Positions 34,401 through 48,085 of a stretch of DNA of 64,000 nt are shown in pieces. The DNA comes from Auanema rhodensis (taxonomy: Eukaryota; Animalia; Nematoda). Made by a program: the position numbers and the translations under genes. Location of the stretch: positions 14,942,001-15,006,000 of the forward strand of contig OZ059896.1 in NCBI GenBank assembly GCA_964057225.1, written 5' to 3'. Each line of letters starts with the position of its first letter. Positions within the stretch are counted from its first letter, which is position 1. The notes beneath the pieces were generated by a model. That model was not told the origin of the DNA. It did no database searches and was given only the letters and a program-made list of their open reading frames with translations.

Positions 34401-37400
34401 TCGAACCAGCGACCTAAGGATATCTACACTTCTACAGTCCTCCGCTCTACCAACTGAGCTATCGACGGAACGAATCTGTTGTTTTCCGAAGTGATTGTCA
34501 ATAACTGCTATAATCAATATTTTAAATGGGAGAAAAAGAAAAGAAACTCCGTCGAGCCAGATTCGAACCAGCGACCTAAGGATATCTACACTTCTACAGT
34601 CCTCCGCTCTACCAACTGAGCTATCGACGGAACGAATCTGTTGTTTTCCGAAGTGATTGTCAATAACTGCTATAATCAATATTTTAAATGGGAGAAAAAG
34701 AAAAGAAACTCCGTCGAGCCGGATTCGAACCAGCGACCTAAGGATATCTACACTTCTACAGTCCTCCGCTCTACCAACTGAGCTATCGACGGAACGAATC
34801 TGTTGTTTTCAGAGGTTATTGTCAATAACTGCTATAATCAATATTTTAAATGAAAGAAAAAGAAAAGAAACTCCGTCGAGCCGGATTCGAACCAGCGACC
34901 TAAGGATATCTACACTTCTACAGTCCTCCGCTCTACCAACTGAGCTATCGACGGAACGAATCTGTTGTTTTCCGAAGTGATTGTCAATAACTGCTATAAT
35001 CAATATTTTAAATGGGAGAAAAAGAAAAGAAACTCCGTCGAGCCGGATTCGAACCAGCGACCTAAGGATATCTACACTTCTACAGTCCTCCGCTCTACCA
35101 ACCGAGCTATCGACGGAACGAATCTGTTGTTTTCCAAAGTGATTGTCAATAACTACTATAATCTATATTGAAAATCGAAAAAAGAAAAGAAACTCCGTCG
35201 AGCCTAACTTCTACAATCCTCCGCTCTACCAACTGAGCTATCGACGGAACGAAGCTGTTGTTTTCAGAGGTTATTGTCAATAACTGCTATAATCATTATT
35301 TTAAATGGAAGAAAAAGAAAAGAAACTCCGTCGAGCCGGATTCGAACCAGCGACCTAAGGATATCTACACTTCTACAGTCCTCCGCTCTACCAACTGAGC
35401 TATCGACGGAACGAATCTGTTGTTTTCAGAGGTTATTGTCAATAACTGCTATAATCAATTTTTTAAATGAAAGAAAAAGAAAAGAAACTCCGTCGAGCCG
35501 GATTCGAACCAGCGACCTAAGGATATCTACACTTCTACAGTCCTCCGCTCTACCAACTGAGCTATCGACGGAACGAATCTGTTGTTTTCCGAAGTGATTG
35601 TCAATAACTGCTATAATCAATATTTTAAATGGGAGAAAAAGAAAAGAAACTCCGTCGAGCCGGATTCGAACCAGCGACCTAAGGATATCTACACTTCTAC
35701 AGTCCTCCGCTCTACCAACTGAGCTATCGACGGAACGAATCTGTTGTTTTCAAAGGTTATTGTCAATAACTGATATCTACACTTCTACAGTCCTCCGCTC
35801 TACCAACCGAGCTATCGACGGAACGAATCTGTTGTTTTCCAAAGTGATTGTCAATAACTACTATAATCTATATTGAAAATCGAAAAAAGAAAAGAAACTC
35901 CGTCGAGCCTAACTTCTACAATCCTCCGCTCTACCAACTGAGCTATCGACGGAACGAAGCTGTTGTTTTCAGAGGTTATTGTCAATAACTGCTATAATCA
36001 ATATTTTAAATGGAACAAAAAGAAAAGAAACTCCGTCGAGCCGGATTCGAACCAGCGACCTAAGGATATCTACACTTCTACAGTCCTCCGCTCTACCAAC
36101 TGAGCTATCGACGGAACGAATCTGTTGTTTTCAGAGGTTATTGTCAATAACTGCTATAATCAAAATTTTAAATGAAAGAAAAAGAAAAGAAACTCCGTCG
36201 AGCCGGATTCGAACCAGCGACCTAAGGATATCTACACTTCTACAGTCCTCCGCTCTACCAACTGAGCTATCGACGGAACGAATCTGTTGTTTTCCAAAGT
36301 GATTGTCAATAACTACTATAATCTATATTGAAAATCGAAAAAAGAAAAGAAACTCCGTCGAGCCTAACTTCTACAATCCTCCGCTCTACCAACTGAGCTA
36401 TCGACGGAACGAATCTGTTGTTTTCAGAGGTTATTGTCAATAACTGCTATAATCAATTTTTTAAATGAAAGAAAAAGAAAAGAAACTCCGTCGAGCCGGA
36501 TTCGAACCAGCGACCTAAGGATATCTACACTTCTACAGTCCTCCGCTCTACCAACTGAGCTATCGACGGAACGAATCTGTTGTTTTCAGAGGTTATTGTC
36601 AATAACTGCTATAATCAATATTTTAAATGGAAGAAAAAGAAAAGAAACTCCGTCGAGCCGGATTCGAACCAGCGACCTAAGGATATCTACACTTCTACAG
36701 TCCTCCGCTCTACCAACTGAGTTATCGACGGAACGAATCTGTTCTTTTCAGAGGTTATTGTCAATAACTGCTATAATCATTATTTTAAATGGAAGAAAAA
36801 GAAAAGAAACTCCGTCGAGTCGGATTCGAACCAGCGACCTAAGGATATCTACACTTCTACAGTCCTCCGCTCTACCAACTGAGCTATCGACGGAACGAAT
36901 CTGTTGTTTTCAGAGGTTATTGTCAATAACTGCTATAATCATTATTTTAAATGGAAGAAAAAGAAAAGAAACTCCGTCGAGTCGGATTCGAACCAGCGAC
37001 CTAAGGATATCTACACTTCTACAGTCCTCCGCTCTACCAACTGAGCTATCGACGGAACGAATCTGTTGTTTTCAGAGGTTATTGTCAATAACTGCTATAA
37101 TCAATTTTTTAAATGAAAGAAAAAGAAAAGAAACTCCGTCGAGCCGGATTCGAACCAGCGACCTAAGGATATCTACACTTCTACAGTCCTCCGCTCTACC
37201 AACTGAGCTATCGACGGAACGAATCTGTTGTTTTCCGAAGTGATTGTCAATAACTGCTATAATCAATATTTTAAATGGGAGAAAAAGAAAAGAAACTCCG
37301 TCGAGCCGGATTCGAACCAGCGACCTAAGGATATCTACACTTCTACAGTCCTCCGCTCTACCAACTGAGCTATCGACGGAACGAATCTGTTGTTTTCAGA

Positions 37401-38679
37401 GGTTATTGTCAATAACTGATATCTACACTTCTACAGTCCTCCGCTCTACCAACCGAGCTATCGACGGAACGAATCTGTTGTTTTCCAAAGTGATTGTCAA
37501 TAACTACTATAATCTATATTGAAAATCGAAAAAAGAAAAGAAACTCCGTCGAGCCTAACTTCTACAATCCTCCGCTCTACCAACTGAGCTATCGACGGAA
37601 CGAAGCTGTTGTTTTCAGAGGTTATTGTCAATAACTGCTATAATCAATATTTTAAATGGAACAAAAAGAAAAGAAACTCCGTCGAGCCGGATTCGAACCA
37701 GCGACCTAAGGATATCTACACTTCTACAGTCCTCCGCTCTACCAACTGAGCTATCGACGGAACGAATCTGTTGTTTTCAGAGGTTATTGTCAATAACTGC
37801 TATAATCAATATTTTAAATGGAAGAAAAAGAAAAGAAACTCCGTCGAGCCGGATTCGAACCAGCGACCTAAGGATATCTACACTTCTACAGTCCTCCGCT
37901 CTACCAACTGAGCTATCGACGGAACGAATCTGTTGTTTTCAGAGGTTATTGTCAATAACTGATATCTACACTTCTACAGTCCTCCGCTCTACCAACCGAG
38001 CTATCGACGGAACGAATCTGTTGTTTTCCAAAGTGATTGTCAATAACTACTATAATCTATATTGAAAATCGAAAAAAGAAAAGAAACTCCGTCGAGCCTA
38101 ACTTCTACAATCCTCCGCTCTACCAACTGAGCTATCGACGGAACGAAGCTGTTGTTTTCAGAGGTTATTGTCAATAACTGCTATAATCAATATTTTAAAT
38201 GGAAGAAAAAGAAAAGAAACTCCGTCGAGCCGGATTCGAACCAGCGACCTAAGGATATCTACACTTCTACAGTCCTCCGCTCTACCAACTGAGCTATCGA
38301 CGGAACGAATCTGTTGTTTTCAGAGGTTATTGTCAATAACTGCTATAATCAATATTTTAAATGAAAGAAAAAGAAAAAAAACTCCGTCGAGCCGGATTCG
38401 AACCAGCGACCTAAGGATATCTACACTTCTACCGTCCTCCGCTCTACCAACTGAGCTATCGACGGAACGAATCTGTTGTTTTCAGAGGTTATTGTCAATA
38501 ACTGCTATAATCAATTTTTTAAATGAAAGAAAAAGAAAAGAAACTCCGTCGAGCCGGATTCGAACCAGCGACCTAAGGATATCTACACTTCTACAGTCCT
38601 CCGCTCTACCAACTGAGCTATCGACGGAACGAATCTGTTGTTTTCAGAGGTTATTGTCAATAACTGCTATAATCAATAT
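13450..38679 (-). repeat. Tandem tRNA-Tyr(GUA) array, segment 2
   Basis: Continuous A/B/C monomers, with long A-only runs at ~31.0-32.3 kb and ~32.9-35.1 kb. Confidence 0.97.
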
Positions 38680-39024
38680 CGTTCCATTCGGACTCCACAT
38701 ATATGTAGCTGAAGGGTTAGAGCCAGACGACCAGAGGACCGAGGAATGGCTCCGCCTTCCCTCGTTCCCTTGGTCGGGAGTTCGCCTCTTAGCAAGCTCA
38801 TGGACGGCTTGTAGTTTAGTCTTTATACTTATATTTATCTTATTGTATTGTATCTTTATCTTTGTATATTATTGTTGTAGTTTCATGCCAATAAATCTTT
38901 CTCTCTTTTATCTTATGATTGACCTTATGCTCTTTATTCCTTACCGCTACACCAAGGAATACTATGCGCGTCATAGTATAAACTACAATGGTTTATATTA
39001 TCGACGCAGGAGCATAACGGAACG
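38680..39024 (+). repeat. 5' LTR of element 2
   Basis: Ends CGTTCC…GGAACG (6-bp terminal inverted repeat); AATAAA near 38890; no difference seen from 41796-42140. Confidence 0.96.
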
Positions 39025-39037
39025 TGGAGGTTCCACC
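39025..39037 (+). promoter_or_regulatory. Primer-binding site, tRNA-Gln
   Basis: TGGAGGTTCCACC abutting the LTR. Confidence 0.85.
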
Positions 39038-40681
39038 TCGAACTCATCTTTTGAAAAAAAAAAATTTTTTTATTGTAGAAGTCCATTTTTGCATTCTAAA
39101 TTATAAATTCCTCCACTTGAAACAACAAAATGAAGGCGCCAATTTGTTTTAAGGTACAGATACAAGGGATCTCGCTTAAATGCGAGATAGGACCAATAAA
39201 ATTTTTGCCCGCCGTCCTCAATTTAAAACCGTCTGAATGTCCACCCTTTTCTATATCGTATCTTGTACCGCTTCTCATGCCATTTTGAGGACGTTTGGAT
39301 TGAAATAGAGGACAATTTCGCCAAACGAGAAATTATAGTTGTTCACATTTTTTTTTGGGCATAGAGAAGTTTGATTACTGGAACAAAAATTCATAAGACG
39401 CGCGCAATTGATTATAGTTTGTATATTTTGTGGTCAGGACTAGAATTTTGAAAAATTGTTATATTCAGACGTAAAAGATCATTTTACATATTATTTTGCG
39501 GGAAACCAAAATAGGTTACATAAATTGAATATAAAAACAGACCACACTAGTCCGAAAAAGCCTGGTAAATCTGCAATAAGACTTCTCAGCTCTTAATTGA
39601 CAGTCAGGTCAAGTTGGCGGAAGCATAACTGCTACGGATTTTATCCCCGTAGATTATGTCACCTTCCTCAAATCATTTCGTTGTTTCAACTCATAAGATA
39701 CCCCTTATCTCCTACAGTAATCCTAAGTTAATGGGAAATGTTTAAAAATAGACGTATTTTTCTCATTTTCAAAAAGAAATTCGCTTAGGAAAACGCACTT
39801 TTGCTTATTTTGATCAAGAAAAAGGACAGCCTTTTCAATAACTCTCCTCAAACCTCATTAGCATGCACAATGTCGAAAACATTTTGAGCAAAACATGCTA
39901 TTTAAGGGAAAAGGAATGAGGAAAAGATTGAAAACATAAGTCCATTTTCTTGACGAAAACAGAGCAAAGTGCACAAAAAAAATAAAAACACAGAGTACAA
40001 ACTTTATTCAGTCAATACCCATATCCAAACCAAATAATGAGTCATCATAAACAATATAGATTTTAAACAATAATCTATATAATAAATAATAATAAAAATG
40101 ACTCTTTTCCTGGTACCAGGCCCAAGGACGTGCGGTTAATAAACCGGCCCTACCATTATATACATGAGCGCATAGATCAACTAAGCACCTTCGACCAACA
40201 AGCTCCACTTCGGGAGCTACATCTACGAAGGTGGCAAAGTTTATATGTCCCTGCCCCAAATAATACATTTGAAGATCTTCGATAAACTAAAGTAATCAAA
40301 TAATCAAACATAAAATGGAGATACACAAACCATTAAAATTATATCAGGGTTTGGCCTATAAGCCAAAACTCCTTCTCCATCGTATTCAACGATGGATTCG
40401 TATAATTTCCACAGGACTTAAGTCATGCCAGTGGGATTATAACGTTGGAAATCCATTTTTTTTCTTTCTTTCTTTTCTTTTCTTTTGTTTCTAACCTTAA
40501 AATAAATGTCCAAAGGCCGCAAAAGTACAAAGGGGACGACATGAATAAAGTTTTTTTTAAAGATTCTAGAGCAGTAAGAAAACAAAATTAGAGGAAAGTG
40601 CAAGAGCGGATAAAAATAGTTTTTGAGAAGAGATAAACATCATTAACTATAATAAGCTTACGGTAGATAGGCGGAGTCAGA

Positions 40682-41155
40682 TTGGTGGCCACGATTTGGA
40701 AAACTCCCTCTCATTTACCCTCCGCATCGCCCAGCGAAGCACGACTATCCTATTGCTCCCGAATCTCTCTCTCTCCCAACACACATCTAAAAGAATCTAA
40801 CGCACCTTGCGTCAACATCCCACACGTAGCTCACCATTCTCGGTTTTTCCAAACCAAAAGTCCTACAAAGGTGGCCAAAAGATTCTCATCGGCTTTCCGA
40901 GCCCTTTACCCGTCCGATATCAACAGTGACGCTACTGTCGCAAGTCGTACCGGAAGCCGTACCCGACTTCTCAGTGTTCAAATAGAAAAACCGCACCAAC
41001 CAGACGAGAAGCCGAAGCCGCAAGTCGACAAATTCTATACTCCCCGAGAAGGCACATATTCACCTTCTGACGACACCGACGAAGATCCGGACTTCATCAT
41101 AGCCGACGACAGAAAAAAATTTTATATACATTCTTTTCTTTTCTGTAAATTGTAA
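40682..41155 (+). CDS. Hypothetical 157-aa ORF inside the non-autonomous element
   Basis: Longest internal ORF, lying in a more GC-rich island; S/P-rich with an acidic tail. TTG start only, no known motif. Confidence 0.25.
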   Translation: MVATIWKTPSHLPSASPSEARLSYCSRISLSPNTHLKESNAPCVNIPHVAHHSRFFQTKSPTKVAKRFSSAFRALYPSDINSDATVASRTGSRTRLLSVQIEKPHQPDEKPKPQVDKFYTPREGTYSPSDDTDEDPDFIIADDRKKFYIHSFLFCKL

Positions 41156-41784
41156 AATGAAAGTAACGGTGAATTAGAAAATTTTTGATGAGAGATTAAG
41201 TGAGTAAACAACTAAAAACAAGGAATAAGCAAAAATATAATAAAAATAAATGACTACCGTAATCCTATACGACCGATAGAGATAATATTTTGCGCTAAAC
41301 TGAGCTCCATATGTATCTCCAAGAAGAGACGAACATTGGCAGGCGCCTAAGCCACACCCCATCTGAGTGGTAGCCTCCATTAGTACTCAAGGATTCATTC
41401 AGAGAGACATATGGAGACGAGTAAATTATTAAATAAAATTATCCCCATCATCATTAGGATACGAGTAACCATGTAACGGAAATGTTTAATAATTCCTTAT
41501 TGTCTCACATAAATCACACATTCATGAAACAAAGAAATTTTTTTTTATTACAGTACTACAATGACTAAATTTATTTTCTAATCCTCCGTTACAAAATAAC
41601 ATAAAACCTATTATTGTATTCAAATTCTATCTTAATACCATAAAGAAACCTATTAAAATTATTTATATATCTTTCTACATGTAGATTTTAAAACTTTTAA
41701 TTTTATTTGTAAACTCGTAGACTCTAAAACTCAGCTACATATACACTAAAAACACTTTATATCGCGCGGACGCGAAAAATCTTT

Positions 41785-41795
41785 GAAAAAGGGCA
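41785..41795 (+). other. Polypurine tract GAAAAAGGGCA
   Basis: Immediately precedes the 3' LTR. Confidence 0.75.
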
Positions 41796-42140
41796 CGTTC
41801 CATTCGGACTCCACATATATGTAGCTGAAGGGTTAGAGCCAGACGACCAGAGGACCGAGGAATGGCTCCGCCTTCCCTCGTTCCCTTGGTCGGGAGTTCG
41901 CCTCTTAGCAAGCTCATGGACGGCTTGTAGTTTAGTCTTTATACTTATATTTATCTTATTGTATTGTATCTTTATCTTTGTATATTATTGTTGTAGTTTC
42001 ATGCCAATAAATCTTTCTCTCTTTTATCTTATGATTGACCTTATGCTCTTTATTCCTTACCGCTACACCAAGGAATACTATGCGCGTCATAGTATAAACT
42101 ACAATGGTTTATATTATCGACGCAGGAGCATAACGGAACG
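41796..42140 (+). repeat. 3' LTR of element 2
   Basis: Direct repeat of 38680-39024. Confidence 0.96.
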
Positions 42141-45100
42141 ATATTTTAAATGGAAGAAAAAGAAAAGAAACTCCGTCGAGCCGGATTCGAACCAGCGACC
42201 TAATTATATCTACACTTCTACAGTCCTCCGCTCTACCAACTGAGTTATCGACGGAACGAATCTGTTCTTTTCAGAGGTTATTGTCAATAACTGCTATAAT
42301 CATTATTTTAAATGGAAGAAAAAGAAAAGAAACTCCGTCGAGCCGGATTCGAACCAGCGACCTAAGGATATCTACACTTCTACAGTCCTCCGCTCTACCA
42401 ACTGAGCTATCGACGGAACGAATCTGTTGTTTTCAGAGGTTATTGTCAATAACTGCTATAATCAATTTTTTAAATGAAAGAAAAAGAAAAGAAACTCCGT
42501 CGAGCCGGATTCGAACCAGCGACCTAAGGATATCTACACTTCTACAGTCCTCCGCTCTACCAACTGAGCTATCGACGGAACGAATCTGTTGTTTTCCGAA
42601 GTGATTGTCAATAACTGCTATAATCAATATTTTAAATGGGAGAAAAAGAAAAGAAACTCCGTCGAGCCGGATTCGAACCAGCGACCTAAGGATATCTACA
42701 CTTCTACAGTCCTCCGCTCTACCAACTGAGCTATCGACGGAACGAATCTGTTGTTTTCAGAGGTTATTGTCAATAACTGATATCTACACTTCTACAGTCC
42801 TCCGCTCTACCAACCGAGCTATCGACGGAACGAATCTGTTGTTTTCCAAAGTGATTGTCAATAACTACTATAATCTATATTGAAAATCGAAAAAAGAAAA
42901 GAAACTCCGTCGAGCCTAACTTCTACAATCCTCCGCTCTACCAACTGAGCTATCGACGGAACGAAGCTGTTGTTTTCAGAGGTTATTGTCAATAACTGCT
43001 ATAATCATTATTTTAAATGGAAGAAAAAGAAAAGAAACTCCGTCGAGCCGGATTCGAACCAGCGACCTAAGGATATCTACACTTCTACAGTCCTCCGCTC
43101 TACCAACTGAGCTATCGACGGAACGAATCTGTTGTTTTCAGAGGTTATTGTCAATAACTGCTATAATCAATTTTTTAAATGAAAGAAAAAGAAAAGAAAC
43201 TCCGTCGAGCCGGATTCGAACCAGCGACCTAAGGATATCTACACTTCTACAGTCCTCCGCTCTACCAACTGAGCTATCGACGGAACGAATCTGTTGTTTT
43301 CCGAAGTGATTGTCAATAACTGCTATAATCAATATTTTAAATGGGAGAAAAAGAAAAGAAACTCCGTCGAGCCGGATTCGAACCAGCGACCTAAGGATAT
43401 CTACACTTCTACAGTCCTCCGCTCTACCAACTGAGCTATCGACGGAACGAATCTGTTGTTTTCAGAGGTTATTGTCAATAACTGATATCTACACTTCTAC
43501 AGTCCTCCGCTCTACCAACCGAGCTATCGACGGAACGAATCTGTTGTTTTCCAAAGTGATTGTCAATAACTACTATAATCTATATTGAAAATCGAAAAAA
43601 GAAAAGAAACTCCGTCGAGCCTAACTTCTACAATCCTCCGCTCTACCAACTGAGCTATCGACGGAACGAATCTGTTCTTTTCAGAGGTTATTGTCAATAA
43701 CTGCTATAATCAATATTTTAAGTGGAGCAAAAAGAAAAGAAACTCCGTCGAGCCGGATTCGAACCAGCGACCTAAGGATATCTACACTTCTACAGTCCTC
43801 CGCTCTACCAACTGAGCTATCGACGGAACGAATCTGTTGTTTTCAGAGGTTATTGTCAATAACTGCTATAATCAATATTTTAAATGGAACAAAAAGAAAA
43901 GAAACTCCGTCGAGCCGGATTCGAACCAGCGACCTAAGGATATCTCCACTTCTACAGTCCTCCGCTCTATCCAACTGAGCTATCGACGGAACGAAGCTGT
44001 TGTTTTCAGAGGTTATTGTCAATAACTGCTATAATCAATATTTTAAATGGAACAAAACGAAAAGAAACTCCGTCGAGCCGGATTCGAACCAGCGACCTAA
44101 GGATATCTCCACTTCTACAGTCCTCCGCTCTACCAACTGAGCTATCGACGGAACGAATCTGTTGTTTTCAGAGGTTATTGTCAATAACTGCTATAATCAA
44201 TATTTTAAATGGGAGAAAAAGAAAAGAAACTCCGTCGAGCCGGATTCGAACCAGCGACCTAAGGATATCTACACTTCTACAGTCCTCCGCTCTACCAACT
44301 GAGCTATCGACGGAACGAATCTGTTGTTTTCAGAGGTTGTTGTCAATAACTGATATCTACACTTCTACAGTCCTCCGCTCTACCAACTGAGCTATCGACG
44401 GAACGAATCTGTTGTTTTCCAAAGTGATTGTCAATAACTACTATAATCTATATTGAAAATCGAAAAAAGAAAAGAAACTCCGTCGAGCCTAACTTCTACA
44501 ATCCTCCGCTCTACCAACTGAGCTATCGACGGAACGAAGCTGTTGTTTTCAGAGGTTATTGTCAATAACTGCTATAATCAATATTTTAAATGGAAGAAAA
44601 AGAAAAGAAACTCCGTTGAGCCGGATTCGAACCAGCGACCTAAGGATATCTACACTTCTACAGTCCTCCGCTCTACCAACTGAGCTATCGACGGAACGAA
44701 TCTGTTGTTTTCAGAGGTTATTGTCAATAACTGCTATAATCAATATTTTAAATGGAACAAAAAGAAAAGAAACTCCGTCGAGCCGGATTCGAACCAGCGA
44801 CCTAAGGATATCTCCACTTCTACAGTCCTCCGCTCTATCCAACTGAGCTATCGACGGAACGAAGCTGTTGTTTTCAGAGGTTATTGTCAATAACTGCTAT
44901 AATCAATATTTTAAATGGAACAAAACGAAAAGAAACTCCGTCGAGCCGGATTCGAACCAGCGACCTAAGGATATCTCCACTTCTACAGTCCTCCGCTCTA
45001 CCAACTGAGCTATCGACGGAACGAATCTGTTGTTTTCAGAGGTTATTGTCAATAACTGCTATAATCAATATTTTAAATGGGAGAAAAAGAAAAGAAACTC

Positions 45101-47336
45101 CGTCGAGCCGGATTCGAACCAGCGACCTAAGGATATCTACACTTCTACAGTCCTCCGCTCTACCAACTGAGCTATCGACGGAACGAATCTGTTGTTTTCA
45201 GAGGTTGTTGTCAATAACTGATATCTACACTTCTACAGTCCTCCGCTCTACCAACTGAGCTATCGACGGAACGAATCTGTTGTTTTCCAAAGTGATTGTC
45301 AATAACTACTATAATCTATATTGAAAATCGAAAAAAGAAAAGAAACTCCGTCGAGCCTAACTTCTACAATCCTCCGCTCTACCAACTGAGCTATCGACGG
45401 AACGAAGCTGTTGTTTTCAGAGGTTATTGTCAATAACTGCTATAATCAATATTTTAAATGGAAGAAAAAGAAAAGAAACTCCGTTGAGCCGGATTCGAAC
45501 CAGCGACCTAAGGATATCTACACTTCTACAGTCCTCCGCTCTAACAACTGAGCTATCGACGGAACGAATCTGTTGTTTTCAGAGGTTATTGTCAATAACT
45601 GCTATAATCAATATTTTAAATGGAAGAAAAAGAAAAGAAACTCCGTCGAGCCTAACTTCTACAATCCTCCGCTCTACCAACTGAGCTATCGACGGAACGA
45701 AGCTGTTGTTTTCAGAGGTTATTGTCAATAACTGCTATAATCAATATTTTAAATGGAAGAAAAAGAAAAGAAACTCCGTTGAGCCGGATTCGAACCAGCG
45801 ACCTAAGGATATCTACACTTCTACAGTCCTCCGCTCTAACAACTGAGCTATCGACGGAACGAATCTGTTGTTTTCAGAGGTTATTGTCAATAACTGCTAT
45901 AATCAATATTTTAAATGGAACAAAAAGAAAAGAAACTCCGTCGAGCCGGATTCGAACCAGCGACCTAAGGATATCTACACTTCTACAGTCCTCCGCTCTA
46001 ACAACTGAGCTATCGACGGAACGAATCTGTTGTTTTCAGAGGTTATTGTCAATAACTGCTATAATCCATATTTTAAATGGAAGAAAAAGAAAAGAAACTC
46101 CGTCGAGCCGGATTCGAACCAGCGACCTAAGGATATCTACACTTCTACAGTCCTCCGCTCTACCAACTGAGCTATCGACGGAACGAATCTGTTGTTTTCA
46201 GAGGTTATTGTCAATAACTGCTATAATCAATATTTTAAATGGAAGAAAAAGAAAAGAAACTCCGTCGAGCCGGATTCGAACCAGCGACCTAAGGATATCT
46301 ACAGTTCTACAGTCCTCCGCTCTACCAACTGAGCTATCGACGGAACGAATCTGTTGTTTTCAGAGGTTATTGTCAATAACTGCTATAGTCAATATTTTAA
46401 ATGGAAGAAAAAAAAAAGAAACTCCGTCGAGACGGATTGGAATCAGCGACCTAAGGATATCTACACTTCTACAGTCCTCCGCTCTACCAACTGAGCTATC
46501 GACGGAACGAATCTGTTGTTTTCAGAGGTTATTGTCAATAACTGCTATAGTCAATATTTTAAAGGGAAGAAAAAGAAAAGAAACTCCGTCGAGCCGGATT
46601 CGAACCAGCGACCTAAGGATATCTACACTTCTACAGTCCTCCGCTCTACCAACTGAGCTATCGACGGAACGAACCTGTTGTTTTCAGAGGTTATTGTCAA
46701 TAACTGACATCTACACTTCTTCAGTGCTCTGCTCTACCAACTGAGCTATCGACGGAACGAATCTGTTGTTTTCCAAAGTGAATGTCAGTAACTACTATAA
46801 TCTATATTGAAAATCGAAAAAAGAAAAGAAACTCCGTCGAGCCTAACTTCTACAATCCTCCGCTCTACCAACTGAGCTATCGACGGAACGAAGCTGTTGT
46901 TTTCAGAGGTTATTGTCAATAACTGCTATAATCAATATTTTAAATGGAACAAAAAGAAAAGAAACTCCGTCGAGCCGGATTCGAACCAGCGACCTAAGGA
47001 TATCTCCACTTCTACAGTCCTCCGCTCTACCAACTGAGCTATCGACGGAACGAATCTGTTGTTTTCAGAGGTTTTTGTCAATAACTGCTATAATCAATAT
47101 TTTAAATGGGAGAAAAAGAAAAGAAACTCCGTCGAGCCGGATTCGAACCAGCGACCTAAGGATATCTACACTTCTACAGTCCTCCGCTCTACCAACTGAG
47201 CTATCGACGGAACGAATCTGTTGTTTTCAGAGGTTATTGTCAATAACTGATATCTACACTTCTACAGTCCTCCGCTCTACCAACTGAGCTATCGACGGAA
47301 CGAATCTGTTGTTTTCCAAAGTGATTGTCAATAACT

Positions 47337-48085
47337 CACTAGATTATTCACTAGACGAAAAACGACAGATTTATGTCAATATTTCAAAATAGTTAAGAGC
47401 AACTCAAATTTCAGCAAATCATTGTTCAGACTGAAAGAACATGCATATTCTTTTCGTCAACACGACTTTTTGATTGTGGCTCCGAGATACCAGTCTAACG
47501 CGGCACTGTCTAGTTTCGAATATCGTAGAATCAAAGATTGGAACCAGCTTCACTCCATTTTGATTAATATTGAAAAAGTTTCTAATTTTCGTAGTTGTAT
47601 TATGAACCATAATTCTTCTTCATTGTGACTTTGTTTTTAACTTGTTTTTATTTTTCTTTTTTTCTTTTTTCTTCAATGAGATTGTTTTGTTAATCGTTTT
47701 GTGTTAAGCTGTTGCTCCTTCTTCTTTTGTTCTCTCAGTTTTCCTAGGCATCTGACCTATAGACATGAGTCGTACGGTCTGAGCACGGTAATCACTTATT
47801 TGATAGAACGGGTTTGACCTTACTCTTTGTGTCACCGTACCTAGACAAACCAAGAAGTGATTGGCTTCGAATTGTAATTTTCAAGCTGAAAACTCAAGAT
47901 CATAACTCTTATAATTGAGCACATTCTTAACTAAAAACCAATTCAAAGCTAACTCTGGAGTTAAAAGAAAAAAAAAAGCAGCTACCGAAAGGTTAATTTT
48001 AATGTTCTTATCTTAATTTAACCTCACACCTTCCTTGTAACCTGTGGTCAGTTGTGTTGAATAAACTTAAACTTAAACTTAAACT
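47337..48085 (+). mobile_element. 5'-truncated CR1-like non-LTR retrotransposon, copy 1
   Basis: Open frame 47338-47628 LFTRRKTTDLCQYFKIV…FRQH…FEYRRIKDWNQL fits the CR1-clade ORF2 C-terminus (L..RR...DL...YKI / F..R....WN.LP). Followed by a 3' UTR, AATAAA and a (TAAACT)4 tail; AACT at both junctions. Confidence 0.85.

Larger units (their letters stand above)
38680..42140 (+). mobile_element. Non-autonomous LTR retroelement (LARD/TRIM-like), 3461 bp
   Basis: 345-bp LTRs, TSD ATAT (38676-38679 and 42141-42144), PBS and PPT; no gag/pol motifs in the 2.77-kb interior. Confidence 0.95.

Noticed and set aside
38168-39106. 312-aa ORF crossing from the array into element 2
   Set aside because: Chance fusion of the repeat frame with LTR sequence.
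42133-42140. Element 2 LTR end ACGGAACG equals the tRNA 5'-junction sequence in the array
   Set aside because: Only 8 bp, and the insertion is elsewhere in the monomer with a clean TSD, so homology-driven integration is not supported.
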